Below, piece after piece: positions 25,948 through 34,726 of a stretch of 44,982 nt of DNA. Both the position numbers and the translations under genes were made by a program. The notes below the pieces were generated by a model. It ran no database searches. It was not told the DNA's origin and saw only the letters and a program-made list of their open reading frames with translations. Numbering within the stretch: the first letter of the stretch is position 1; each line of letters begins with the position of its first letter. Source of the stretch: a virus; the UHGV virus genome UHGV-0308808; one strand, written 5' to 3'.

Positions 25948-26245
25948 CATTATATCTAGTGGTTCTAACACTAATGGATATTATAGAAAATATTCAGATG
26001 GATTTATAGAACAATTTGGTACTTTTAATTTTAGTGGTGGAACTAATGCTTCTATTAAAAGAACTTTACCTATAAGTATGAAAACTACAAATTATATTAT
26101 AGTATGTAATCCTAATTTTGCTTTAGAGCGAAACTCAGCCGCTTGGGGTATTGTTAATCCTACAGCTAAAACAACTACAACAATAACTTTTAAAAAAGCT
26201 CATTCAGAAACTACAGATGTTTACTGGTATGTATGTGGATATTAA
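25934..26245 (+). other. silent fiber C-terminal cassette D (+), 103 aa: KLQNFIISSGSNTNGYYRKYSDGF...VYWYVCGY
   Basis: In-frame from site 1, with no start codon or RBS. Confidence 0.7.
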
Positions 26246-26550
26246 GTACCTAAAGTTCTCCAATAAATTTTATTCCCTCTTTCAGCTTGAACTTTAAAAT
26301 TATTTAATGTAATACTATGTATTAGAAATTCTGCTGATTCAGTCCAAAATTCTGTATTTCCTCTGTTTGTAGCACTAATATTATAATTAATATTAGTATA
26401 TTTTATAGGAAGAGTAATTAAAGTTGCACGAGTTCCACCATTAGGATATGATACAATACCACCTTGTTCAATTATTCCATTAGAATATTTTATATAATAT
26501 GTTCCATCACTATTAAACTTCATATCAAGTATCTGAGGTAAATTCTGTAA
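26242..26550 (-). other. silent cassette E (-), 102 aa: LQNLPQILDMKFNSDGTYYIKYSNGIIEQGG...WRTLGT. It is convergent with D.
   Basis: In-frame from the minus-strand arm of site 2. It includes track ORF 26242..26523. Confidence 0.7.
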
Positions 26551-26561
26551 TTACAGAATTT
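26540..26561. repeat. crossover site 2, perfect 22-bp palindrome AAATTCTGTAATTACAGAATTT
   Basis: Read directly. Confidence 0.85.
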
Positions 26562-26823
26562 CATTAATGTTGGAACAAGTTATTGTTATATAGGAGGTAT
26601 CTTAATCCAATGGGGAACATTAAGCGGATTGAAAGCTAGTACTACTATTTACCAAACTTTTCCTAAAGCATTTAAAAATACTAATTATTCTGTTGTATAT
26701 CAAAAAATTAGTGCTGACCACAGCAATAATACTCCTATGAAAACTTCTGTAAAAGAAACAACTAGATTTGGAGTATATTCTTATGGAGTTTCTAGTGTAG
26801 ACTGGTTAGCAATAGGGGTTTAA
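26551..26823 (+). other. silent cassette F (+), 90 aa: LQNFINVGTSYCYIGGILIQWG...VDWLAIGV
   Basis: In-frame from site 2. It includes track ORF 26629..26823. The codon before the L codon is TAA. Confidence 0.7.
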
Positions 26824-27062
26824 TATCCGATTGCTAACCAAGGAATAGATCTTGGCTTCGAACTAGCTCCAAAGTTCATATCATTAAAATAAAAATATTC
26901 ATTAGTCCAACTTATAGTAGGATTAGCACCAGCAGTAACAATTGTAAAACAGGTATTAAATTTCACTGGAAAAGTTACTTTACTAGAACCAGATTTACCC
27001 CACTGTAATAACAGTTTTCCAATATAACAATAATTACTGTTCATTGTAGTTAAATTCTGTAA
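26820..27062 (-). other. silent cassette G (-), 80 aa: LQNLTTMNSNYCYIGKLLLQWG...IPWLAIGY
   Basis: In-frame from site 3. It includes track ORF 26820..27044. It is convergent with F, with the stops overlapping. Confidence 0.7.
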
Positions 27063-27073
27063 TTACAGAATTT
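27052..27073. repeat. crossover site 3, perfect 22-bp palindrome
   Basis: Read directly. Confidence 0.85.
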
Positions 27074-27353
27074 AAATAATAATTTTTATGAATACTATCC
27101 TAACACAAGAGAATTTAATATTCCTATAGAATTTAACAATGCTTTAATTTCAGTATGGACTTACAATACAACTACTGCTAGTATGGAAGATACTCCAATG
27201 TATCTTTTTACTTTTTTAGTAAAAGATATTGATGTTTTTAAATTCTATAATGGTGTTAGTGGTGGATATGCTTCAATTGATTATAATAATAAAAAATTAA
27301 TTAGTTCATCTATTCATTACATAAGAAAGATAAATATTTTTATATTTAATTAA
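27063..27353 (+). other. silent cassette H (+), 96 aa: LQNLNNNFYEYYPNTREF...IRKINIFIFN
   Basis: In-frame from site 3. Confidence 0.65.
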
Positions 27354-27357
27354 ATAT

Positions 27358-27627
27358 TTAAATACCAATAGCTATCCAGTCAAAACTCATTGTTCCAGAA
27401 ACTCCACCAACGTCTTGAGAATAATATGTAAAATAAGTAGAAGTAACATTAGTTACTTGTAATATATTATCTATGTTTGAAGGTTTTTCTGTCCTTAAAC
27501 TTTGGGAAGTTAAGACTACAATATTTTTTTTAATAAAAGGAGATGAAAATATAAGTTTTCCAGTTTTAGCATTTGTTATATTTTCTAATCTACCTATTTT
27601 TATTTCAATACCAAGTAAATTCTGTAA
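27358..27627 (-). other. silent cassette I (-), 89 aa: LQNLLGIEIKIGRLENITNAK...MSFDWIAIGI
   Basis: In-frame from site 4, convergent with H. Confidence 0.65.
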
Positions 27628-27638
27628 TTACAGAATTT
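27617..27638. repeat. crossover site 4, perfect 22-bp palindrome
   Basis: Read directly. Confidence 0.85.
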
Positions 27639-27927
27639 AGGCGATATCAATAAAAATACAATAGGACATTTTACGGATATAACAGGAATTAAATTTTGTT
27701 GGGGAACAACAGGAACATTATCTGCCTCAAGTAATACTTTAATAACTTTTTCAGAGGCATTTAAAGAAAAAGTTTTTTCTATTCAAGCTACAATATTATC
27801 TAATTCAGGAATAGCAGGAAATAAGTCAGATTATGTTTTTGTAAACTCCATAACTTTATCTAATTTTAAATTAAAAATTGGTTCTGATTATGGATTTGCA
27901 GTATCTTGGTTAGCAATAGGCTATTAA
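27628..27927 (+). other. silent cassette J (+), 99 aa: LQNLGDINKNTIGHFTDITGIKFCWGTTG...FAVSWLAIGY
   Basis: In-frame from site 4. Confidence 0.7.
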
Positions 27928-28178
27928 ATTCCAATTGCTAGCCAAGGAATTTTTACACTATTAGGTTTCCCAGATACTCCCCAGTTTGTATCGTTAAAAT
28001 TAAAACTAGTTAAAGTCCATGAAATAGTTGGAGTATTACCAGATGTTATAACAGTAAAAACTGAACTTTTAAAAGGAATAGGAAAACTTTTACTTCCAGT
28101 TGTTGTAGCTCCAGTTTGAATAATAAGTCCATTGGTAAATTGGATATATTTACCAATGGAGTTAGAATTTAATACCTG
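27924..28178 (-). other. orphan cassette C (-), 84 aa: TGLNSNSIGKYIQFTNGLIIQTG...KIPWLAIGI. It is homologous to cassette G but lacks its own crossover site, and begins 1 nt after the cassette B stop in the +1 frame.
   Basis: Manual translation. It shares SK.FP.PF and TPTISWT motifs with G. Confidence 0.5.
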
Positions 28179-28512
28179 TTATTTTAAAGATAGATGAACC
28201 ACCATCTTTACCAAAAATATAAAAGGATTGTTTATTAGCTAAAAATCTATAATCAAGACTCCCACCTTTTGGTAATAAATATCTATCTCCAATTTGATTA
28301 TCACTAGTACCATCAGAATATTTTAAATCAGTTACTAAAATAAATTGACTTTCTTCATCTACTTGTCTTGTTCCAGTCCAATTGCCATAAGTAATTATAA
28401 TAGCATCAAAGTTAGTAAGTGGTTTATTTAAATTCAATACAGTATTATTTGGAGATTGTGAAGTTGTATTATATAAAATTTCTATTTTAAATGTAGATAA
28501 ATTCTGTAATTT
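28162..28512 (-). other. silent cassette B (-), 116 aa: KLQNLSTFKIEILYNTTSQSPNNTVLNLNKPLTNFD...ITGIKF. It lies directly 3' of the fiber stop, in the same orientation.
   Basis: In-frame from site 5. It includes track ORF 28162..28437. Confidence 0.65.
28499..28512 (-). repeat. crossover site 5 (half-site AAATTACAGAATTT on the minus strand), immediately after the fiber stop codon
   Basis: Read directly. Confidence 0.8.
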
Positions 28513-30498
28513 TTATATATATGGGAAAAAGGTTATAGATTGAGAGTCATACCCTCCTGCACAATAGATTACGTCTTCTTTCTTTACGGGATATATTAAT
28601 CTAGTAGCAGAACTATCTCTTGTTCTATAATCTAGATTAGTACCATTTATCCTTATTGTAGTAGTTATATCATTTGAACCATAGAAGTGTATCTGAATAA
28701 TTCCATCTTGAAGTATTGTGTTATTTTTACTCCAATTTAATTTTTGTCCTTTTGAATAGTCAGGAGTTCTATTGAAATTCTGTAATTTACCCAATAAATC
28801 ATTATTAGATATTGCTTCAAAGTAATTTGCGTCTGCATAGTTTATACTTGTAGCTTTTATACATTTGTAAACTTTTTTTGTGGTACTATCATAATAGGCA
28901 TAGTTTACTGTCTTTGCACTAGAAGTATTAAGACTTCCTCCGTATGTAAGTCCTAATATCTCGGCTAATTTAGCTCCTTCTAATACTGTATTTGAAGTAG
29001 TTCCAAAATTTTTATTAAAAGCTCCATTTTTTTTGAAGGCTGGTTCTGCTCCTATTCCACTAGCTGTAATATTAATACTTTTAGCTGCTGCTCCATCATA
29101 GCTCACTGGATTTTGTCCATTCATCTTTATTTCAAGAGCATTAGGATTTTTCATACTTGTTGGAAAATCTGTAATATTTGCTTTTGTATGAGTATGACTA
29201 GAATCAGCAGCTCCTATGCTAGCTGGAGTAATATTAATATTTTTAGTAGCTGCTCCATCATATGTATAAGCAGTTCCACTATTTAATTGAATAGATAAGG
29301 CATAAGGATTTTTCATACTAGCAGGAAAGTCTGTGATATTTGCTTTTGTATGAGTATGACTGCTTGGAGTAAAAGAATTAGGTTTTCCTGTAATATCACT
29401 CCAAGTAATATTTGTCCATTGAGCAGCTCCAGATGATAACCATTTTAGAAAATTTCCACTAACCCCATTTGCAGGTATATGATTATTTCCATTCCCAGTA
29501 GGATGAGTATATTCAGGAGTTCCATGTAATGTTCCATCTTCATCAACTGTTAAATTATTCCCTACCTTTATTCTTCCTAATTGTGTTTTAGTTGCTTTTT
29601 TTACTAGCTCATTATAAAGTTCATTAATGGCTCCAACTATTGTTTTTACCACGGTTTTTAGAGTGCTATCTTCTTTATTTTGTTTAGTTTCATTTAAAAT
29701 TTTTCCTTGTTTACCTGAAAGAGCTTTTGTAGTACTATCAGTTGTAAGATTATCTACTACATTTAATTGAATATCATTATCATTAACAATAATACCATCA
29801 TTTTTAGATACAATAGAGGTCCTTCCAGAACTATCAACAGTTAATCCTTTACCTATAATTATTCTTCCTAATATAGTTTTTGATGCTATTTTAGAAATTT
29901 CTGTTAATAAGTTCTGTGCAGTACCAGTATAACCACCTTTATCTAATTTATTAGTAAAAAGTTCATTTATTGCTTCCCAAACAATTTTGGCAGCTGTCAA
30001 TAATCTATTTTCATGTAAATTTTGTTTTTTAGCCAATTCTTTATCTAAATATTCTTTATCTACCCATAATTCTTTTCCTGTCCAGTTAACTATTGTAGTT
30101 TCATTATTAGTAGCCATTATATTAACATAATATCTAAATTTGATTGGTGTCTTGCTTGCTGGCGGCATCCAGGTAGCTTCATCACCTTCATTTATATACC
30201 AGTACAGAATTTCTTCTTCTTCATCTAATGCGTATATTCCTATTTCTCTTGGAAAGTATCCAGTTTCAATATCTTCATTACTAAATAGTACAGTTAATTT
30301 CAAATTATTTTCTATTTGTTTTTTTTCTAATATTTCAACTTCTTGTTTTATTGCTTTTATATTAGTAAATGTGCTAGGATCCTCATCATCTGATATTTTT
30401 CCATCTCCTATTTTTACTTTAACTAATTTTATTCCTTCTCCTGTTGCTTGGCATTTTGCTAAATATTCGCTCCCTCTCTTTGTAATACCATCAAACAT
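28513..30498 (-). CDS. tail fiber protein. The currently expressed variable C-terminus (cassette A) runs 28513-28788.
   Basis: 661 aa, Ser/Thr/Gly/Asn-rich. It contains internal near-repeats HTHTKANITDFP[AT]SMKNP. It lies downstream of the baseplate genes and is followed by the shufflon. Confidence 0.75.
   Translation of the reverse strand: MFDGITKRGSEYLAKCQATGEGIKLVKVKIGDGKISDDEDPSTFTNIKAIKQEVEILEKKQIENNLKLTVLFSNEDIETGYFPREIGIYALDEEEEILYWYINEGDEATWMPPASKTPIKFRYYVNIMATNNETTIVNWTGKELWVDKEYLDKELAKKQNLHENRLLTAAKIVWEAINELFTNKLDKGGYTGTAQNLLTEISKIASKTILGRIIIGKGLTVDSSGRTSIVSKNDGIIVNDNDIQLNVVDNLTTDSTTKALSGKQGKILNETKQNKEDSTLKTVVKTIVGAINELYNELVKKATKTQLGRIKVGNNLTVDEDGTLHGTPEYTHPTGNGNNHIPANGVSGNFLKWLSSGAAQWTNITWSDITGKPNSFTPSSHTHTKANITDFPASMKNPYALSIQLNSGTAYTYDGAATKNINITPASIGAADSSHTHTKANITDFPTSMKNPNALEIKMNGQNPVSYDGAAAKSINITASGIGAEPAFKKNGAFNKNFGTTSNTVLEGAKLAEILGLTYGGSLNTSSAKTVNYAYYDSTTKKVYKCIKATSINYADANYFEAISNNDLLGKLQNFNRTPDYSKGQKLNWSKNNTILQDGIIQIHFYGSNDITTTIRINGTNLDYRTRDSSATRLIYPVKKEDVIYCAGGYDSQSITFFPYI
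28775..28788 (-). repeat. crossover site 6 (half-site), inside the fiber gene, encoding KLQNF at the constant/variable boundary
   Basis: Minus-strand reading gives ggt AAA TTA CAG AAT TTc, translating GKLQNF. Confidence 0.8.
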
Positions 30499-30558
30499 TT
30501 CTTATAACCTCCTCTATTTTATATGGTGTTAAATTGAGATTATTATTTATTGTTATTT

Positions 30559-31134
30559 TTATAACCCCCCAGTGAATTCTTTTTCTATTTCTTTAACTTG
30601 AAAAGAAGCGAATTTCATTTTACTTATTTCTCTGGTGATTTCAATATCTGTAGTATCAATAACACTTCTACAATTTTTATATTTGCCAATAATTTCAATT
30701 AATTTATCAATCCAATTTGGGTCAGAATTTATATGGTTGATAGTTACTTTAAAAGTATAAGGTTTCCCATCATATTCAAACCATTCATGCAAAGTAATTG
30801 GATAACCTAATTTTTCAAGGTTCTCTTCAATTATCTTTTTAGTCCCTTTTTTAGAATATGACCAATATGCATTTTTAATTAATTTTATTTTAACCTCTCT
30901 ATCTAAATTCTCTTGCCAATTATCTACCATATATTGATAAGCTAATTCTGATAAAACTTCATCTGTCTGTAATTCTAAATTTTTAAATATTGCTAATTTC
31001 GGAAGTTGCGAAATTATCTCTTTTTTTAATTGCTTTTCTAATTCTAAAGACAAAGATTTTAAATTTTTATATTTTTTTAAATTTTCTGGGAAAAAAAATT
31101 GGTAATCAGTATCACATAGATTATATTTACTCAT
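30559..31134 (-). CDS. phage tail protein, XkdU/YmfQ (DUF2313) or P2 gpI-like
   Basis: 191 aa. It sits between baseplate J and the fiber, as in the PBSX/P2 order. Confidence 0.45.
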   Translation of the reverse strand: MSKYNLCDTDYQFFFPENLKKYKNLKSLSLELEKQLKKEIISQLPKLAIFKNLELQTDEVLSELAYQYMVDNWQENLDREVKIKLIKNAYWSYSKKGTKKIIEENLEKLGYPITLHEWFEYDGKPYTFKVTINHINSDPNWIDKLIEIIGKYKNCRSVIDTTDIEITREISKMKFASFQVKEIEKEFTGGL

Positions 31135-32224
31135 CTTCTACTCCTTGATAACTAACAGTAATACTTGAAGTTTCTTGTGCAATTTTTGTCTTATCTAATT
31201 TAGTAAAAGTAGGTTCAATTATCTCAACTCTCTTTGCTCCAGCACCAATTAAAAGTTGTATTAATTTATTTGGATTGATATCTCTACCTAATTTTTCTTT
31301 TTGCCAAGCTCTATATTCAAAAACAGCATTATTTATATTCTGAGTTACAGTGCTTACATCATTTTCTTTGCTTAACCACCATTTTAAATTTATATTATAT
31401 GGCGTAGATGTTGGTGCAAAGACTTCAACTTTATCAGTAAAAGGTCTAACACTATCATCTTGTAGTCTTTTTTCTACAATTTCAAGAATACTTCTTTCAG
31501 GAATAGCTCCATTTTTTAACAAAGGAATAACTTTTACTACTCCTGGAGATTCTTCTGGAGTATAAATGTGGACATCTATTATATCTTGATGTGCAGTTAA
31601 AACATGATATTTATAAGCTTCAACAGGTCCTGCAGTACTAAATGCAGTTGGTCTTAACTGAATTCTAGTTCTTAAACTTTCATCATCTTCTTGATTTACT
31701 CCACCACTACTTATGCTTGTATTACTCACAGATAAAAGAAAGGGTATATCGTCAACGATTATATTTATTTCTCCTATTTGTAAATCATTCCCTATAACTC
31801 CAGGAGTTAAACAAGTTACAACTCCACTAACTTCTCTCTCCCCAATTTTTAGCTCTATATTCTCATCAGCTCCGAAATAAAGATTCCCAGCTGCAACCTT
31901 ATATCCTTTTGGAATAGTTACTACACTTGGAAATGTCTTAGAAAAAGTATATTTAATAGTTGCTTTTGCTCCTTTTTCTTGTATTCTTTCTACTCCTACA
32001 AGTTCTCCTATTGCTTCTAGATATTCTTTTTCTGCATATCTTAATAAATTCATTCTTCCAGTATGATTAATATCATTCTTTACAATAGTAAAAATATAAG
32101 TTACCCAACCAATAAAATCATTAATAGGGTCCCCATCTTTGATAGTTATTCCCATAATTTCCTCATAGCCTTCTTTTAAGGCTATTTCAATATTATTAAT
32201 ATTTTCATCTATAAATTTAATCAT
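31127..32224 (-). CDS. baseplate J-like protein
   Basis: 365 aa. The call rests on position and size within the baseplate cluster. Confidence 0.6.
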   Translation of the reverse strand: MIKFIDENINNIEIALKEGYEEIMGITIKDGDPINDFIGWVTYIFTIVKNDINHTGRMNLLRYAEKEYLEAIGELVGVERIQEKGAKATIKYTFSKTFPSVVTIPKGYKVAAGNLYFGADENIELKIGEREVSGVVTCLTPGVIGNDLQIGEINIIVDDIPFLLSVSNTSISSGGVNQEDDESLRTRIQLRPTAFSTAGPVEAYKYHVLTAHQDIIDVHIYTPEESPGVVKVIPLLKNGAIPERSILEIVEKRLQDDSVRPFTDKVEVFAPTSTPYNINLKWWLSKENDVSTVTQNINNAVFEYRAWQKEKLGRDINPNKLIQLLIGAGAKRVEIIEPTFTKLDKTKIAQETSSITVSYQGVEDE

Positions 32225-32534
32225 CTATTATTTCTCCTTTCACACTAGCTTGCACTAGTGTCTTTACTTCATTGTTAGATGTTAAATTAATTTCAGATAC
32301 TTTAAATCTTTTCTCTTCTCTTTCTATTTCCTCAACTGTATCAGCAGTCATTTCTGCTTCTATAATAAGTTGAGGTTTATCAATATTTTCTGCTATTATT
32401 CCTTTATGCCTTGCCAAAGGAACATTTCCTTTTATTCTAGTTACTATATTTTCTATATTTTGAGCGATTTCTTCATTCAAATTTTTAGGCTTAAATACAT
32501 AGTTTTTTTCATTTTGAGTAATTTCCATTTCCAT
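32217..32534 (-). CDS. baseplate wedge protein, gpW/gp25-like
   Basis: 105 aa, immediately upstream of the J-like gene. Confidence 0.45.
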   Translation of the reverse strand: MEMEITQNEKNYVFKPKNLNEEIAQNIENIVTRIKGNVPLARHKGIIAENIDKPQLIIEAEMTADTVEEIEREEKRFKVSEINLTSNNEVKTLVQASVKGEIIDD

Positions 32535-32920
32535 TAGTTATACTCCTTTAATTGAATAGATAAGTCGATTTTTGTAACAGTCCCTAAAGCAGTATAAGCT
32601 TTATATAATTCAGAAATATTTTCTATAACATAAGTACCAATAACTTTACCCCCAAGAATAAATCTAAGGTGTTCTCCCTTTTTTCCATACTCTTTTAAGT
32701 CTTGGGCTGATTTACTGGGATTAACATTAAAAGCAGCATTTAAATGTATGTTAAATTTTATATTTTCTAAGTTTTCTCCATCAAATTGAAGCTTAGGTTT
32801 GCTTCCTATTATTTGATGCTCTGTCCATCTATAGCTTGCATCTCTATTTAAAGAGTCAAGAGTTTTTATATAAAAGCTACTACAAGCAAAGATTACTTTA
32901 CCTAAACTTCCTACAACCAT
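32534..32920 (-). CDS. hypothetical baseplate-associated protein
   Basis: 128-aa ORF within the baseplate cluster. Confidence 0.35.
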   Translation of the reverse strand: MVVGSLGKVIFACSSFYIKTLDSLNRDASYRWTEHQIIGSKPKLQFDGENLENIKFNIHLNAAFNVNPSKSAQDLKEYGKKGEHLRFILGGKVIGTYVIENISELYKAYTALGTVTKIDLSIQLKEYN

Positions 32921-32935
32921 AGTTATTCTCCTTTC

Positions 32936-33457
32936 TTATTTTTGAGGTGGTCCTGAGATCTCTCCACCTGCCTTGACTCCTGTTGTTTTATGATTTATTA
33001 ATGAAACTCCAGCTGCTTTGACATCTTCAGTTGTTGTCATTCCACCTTCTACAATTATATTCCCTTTAATACTTATATCCCCAGTAATTGATATTTGAGG
33101 ACAGATTATTTCTATATTTTTTTTACAATCTATATATAGTTTAGAGGTATTTTCATCAAATATCAGCTTAGTTCCATCTGGATATAAAGTTATATATTTC
33201 CCTTCTCCTGCTTCTTTCATCACAGGATCTTGTATGTTATAACCACTTCCTAAATAATATCCACTATTCCCTGTTGTAGCTATTAAACAAAGTCCTTTTT
33301 CATTGATTTTAGGCATACTATATTGTTTAACTCCTTGATTTCTTCCCTGAAATACTGTGAGAATAGCACTAGAAATATTTAAATCTTCAAATTCTACTTT
33401 TACTCGACCTTCATCATGGAATACATGGGATACTGTTCCATATCTTATTTCATTCAT
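32936..33457 (-). CDS. baseplate assembly/spike protein, gpV-like
   Basis: MNEIRYGTVSHVFHDEGRVKVEFEDLNISS resembles the Phage_base_V N-terminus. Length is 173 aa. Confidence 0.55.
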   Translation of the reverse strand: MNEIRYGTVSHVFHDEGRVKVEFEDLNISSAILTVFQGRNQGVKQYSMPKINEKGLCLIATTGNSGYYLGSGYNIQDPVMKEAGEGKYITLYPDGTKLIFDENTSKLYIDCKKNIEIICPQISITGDISIKGNIIVEGGMTTTEDVKAAGVSLINHKTTGVKAGGEISGPPQK

Positions 33458-34532
33458 CTAACACCATCCTAATTTCTAAAGTTAAATCATAAATTTTTAA
33501 ATCAGTATTTATACTTGTTATTAAATATTTTCCCGTAAAAATACCAAAATTTTCTAAAAATATAGTATCTCCTACACATATAAGTTCCTCTTTACCTATA
33601 ATTTCTATTGTTCCTCTTATAGCTTGTTTATTTTTTTCTCTTAAAGCTTTTTCAGCTATTTTTGATAAGTATTCTCTTTTTTGTGCCTTAGTATCTCCAG
33701 GTGGTTCTTTTTCCTGGTTGATAAATAAAACTCTTTGAGTATTTCTTTTATAACCTGGTCTTTGTTTAGTAAAAAAGCTTTCTTCTATTTTTTCTCCCAG
33801 GTAACTATCATAGTAAGTAATTTTACACCCTGCATATGTATCAGTATCATCAGTTTCTAAAGAATAATTTTTAATATTATTTCTATGAAAAATAAATTTA
33901 TAATCTTTTTCTTCATATACCTTTTCCTCAAAAATAATTAATCTATCATTGTAAAGTTTGATAATTACTCCTATCTCATTCCCTAGTCTTTTTAAAAAAT
34001 TGAAATATGATTCAAGTTTTTGTTCAACTCTTTTATATTCTCGATTGAAATTACATTCATATATAAGTTCAAGACTACATTCCTTAGCAATATCTTTAGC
34101 AATTTTTTCAAAAGTTACAGCTTCCCATACTCTGTTTTTCTTGTCATCCATAATATTAGAAACAATGTCTACAGATAGTGCAGATATAGTTACTATATCT
34201 GGAGGTCCAGAATATGAAACTCTATCAATATAAAAGGTCCCAATATATATTTCTACTTCACTATTAGTTTCCCAATTATATAGATACAACCAACATTCAA
34301 GTTTATCCCCCTTCAAAGGATTCCAGTCATTCATCCAAAGCAATTCTCTATTTTGAATAGTTAAATCCAGGCTATCAAATTCATTTAAGGAGTCTGAATA
34401 ACTAAAACTAATTAAATCCTGGTCTATATACTTAGTTATATCTGTATTTTCATATAATACTTTTAACTTTAATTTTCTACTGTTAGAAACCATTTTTTTT
34501 ACTTCTTCACTTAGATTCATCTTCTTCTCCAA
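33450..34532 (-). CDS. late control gene D (gpD)-like tail/baseplate hub protein
   Basis: 360 aa. It sits between the LysM-like gpX and the gpV-like gene, as in the P2/PBSX order (XkdQ-like). Confidence 0.55.
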   Translation of the reverse strand: MEKKMNLSEEVKKMVSNSRKLKLKVLYENTDITKYIDQDLISFSYSDSLNEFDSLDLTIQNRELLWMNDWNPLKGDKLECWLYLYNWETNSEVEIYIGTFYIDRVSYSGPPDIVTISALSVDIVSNIMDDKKNRVWEAVTFEKIAKDIAKECSLELIYECNFNREYKRVEQKLESYFNFLKRLGNEIGVIIKLYNDRLIIFEEKVYEEKDYKFIFHRNNIKNYSLETDDTDTYAGCKITYYDSYLGEKIEESFFTKQRPGYKRNTQRVLFINQEKEPPGDTKAQKREYLSKIAEKALREKNKQAIRGTIEIIGKEELICVGDTIFLENFGIFTGKYLITSINTDLKIYDLTLEIRMVLDE

Positions 34533-34726
34533 GGTGCTACTTTTTCTTCATAAGTTTTAGGAATTTCCTGGTATTTTATTTTGATACCAGCTTCAAAAAT
34601 TAAAGTTCCATGATATCCTGGATTTTTTTCTAATAAAGTATTATATAGTTTCGAATCTCCAAATAGCTTATAAGAGATACTATCCCAGGTATCCCCTAAT
34701 ACCGTTATATATATTTTATCTTCCAT
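34517..34726 (-). CDS. tail protein X-like (LysM-like)
   Basis: 69 aa. ITVLGDTWDSISYKLFGDSKLYNTLLEKNP matches the Phage_tail_X/LysM pattern. It lies immediately after the tape measure gene. Confidence 0.5.
   Translation of the reverse strand: MEDKIYITVLGDTWDSISYKLFGDSKLYNTLLEKNPGYHGTLIFEAGIKIKYQEIPKTYEEKVAPWRRR

Larger units (their letters stand above)
25934..28788. other. shufflon-like multiple-inversion region. It has six crossover sites (1-6) and four invertible segments, carrying alternative tail-fiber C-terminal cassettes.
   Basis: The 14-mer AAATTACAGAATTT and its complement recur at 25934, 26540-26561, 27052-27073, 27617-27638, 28499-28512 and 28775-28788. Every site is in-frame with a downstream ORF that begins KLQN(F/L). 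The fiber gene ends ...LLGKLQNF plus a variable tail. Confidence 0.8.

Noticed and set aside
25934-28788. A diversity-generating retroelement (DGR) as the source of fiber variability
   Set aside because: No reverse transcriptase gene and no template/variable repeat pair are present. The variability is instead explained by discrete cassettes flanked by recombination sites.
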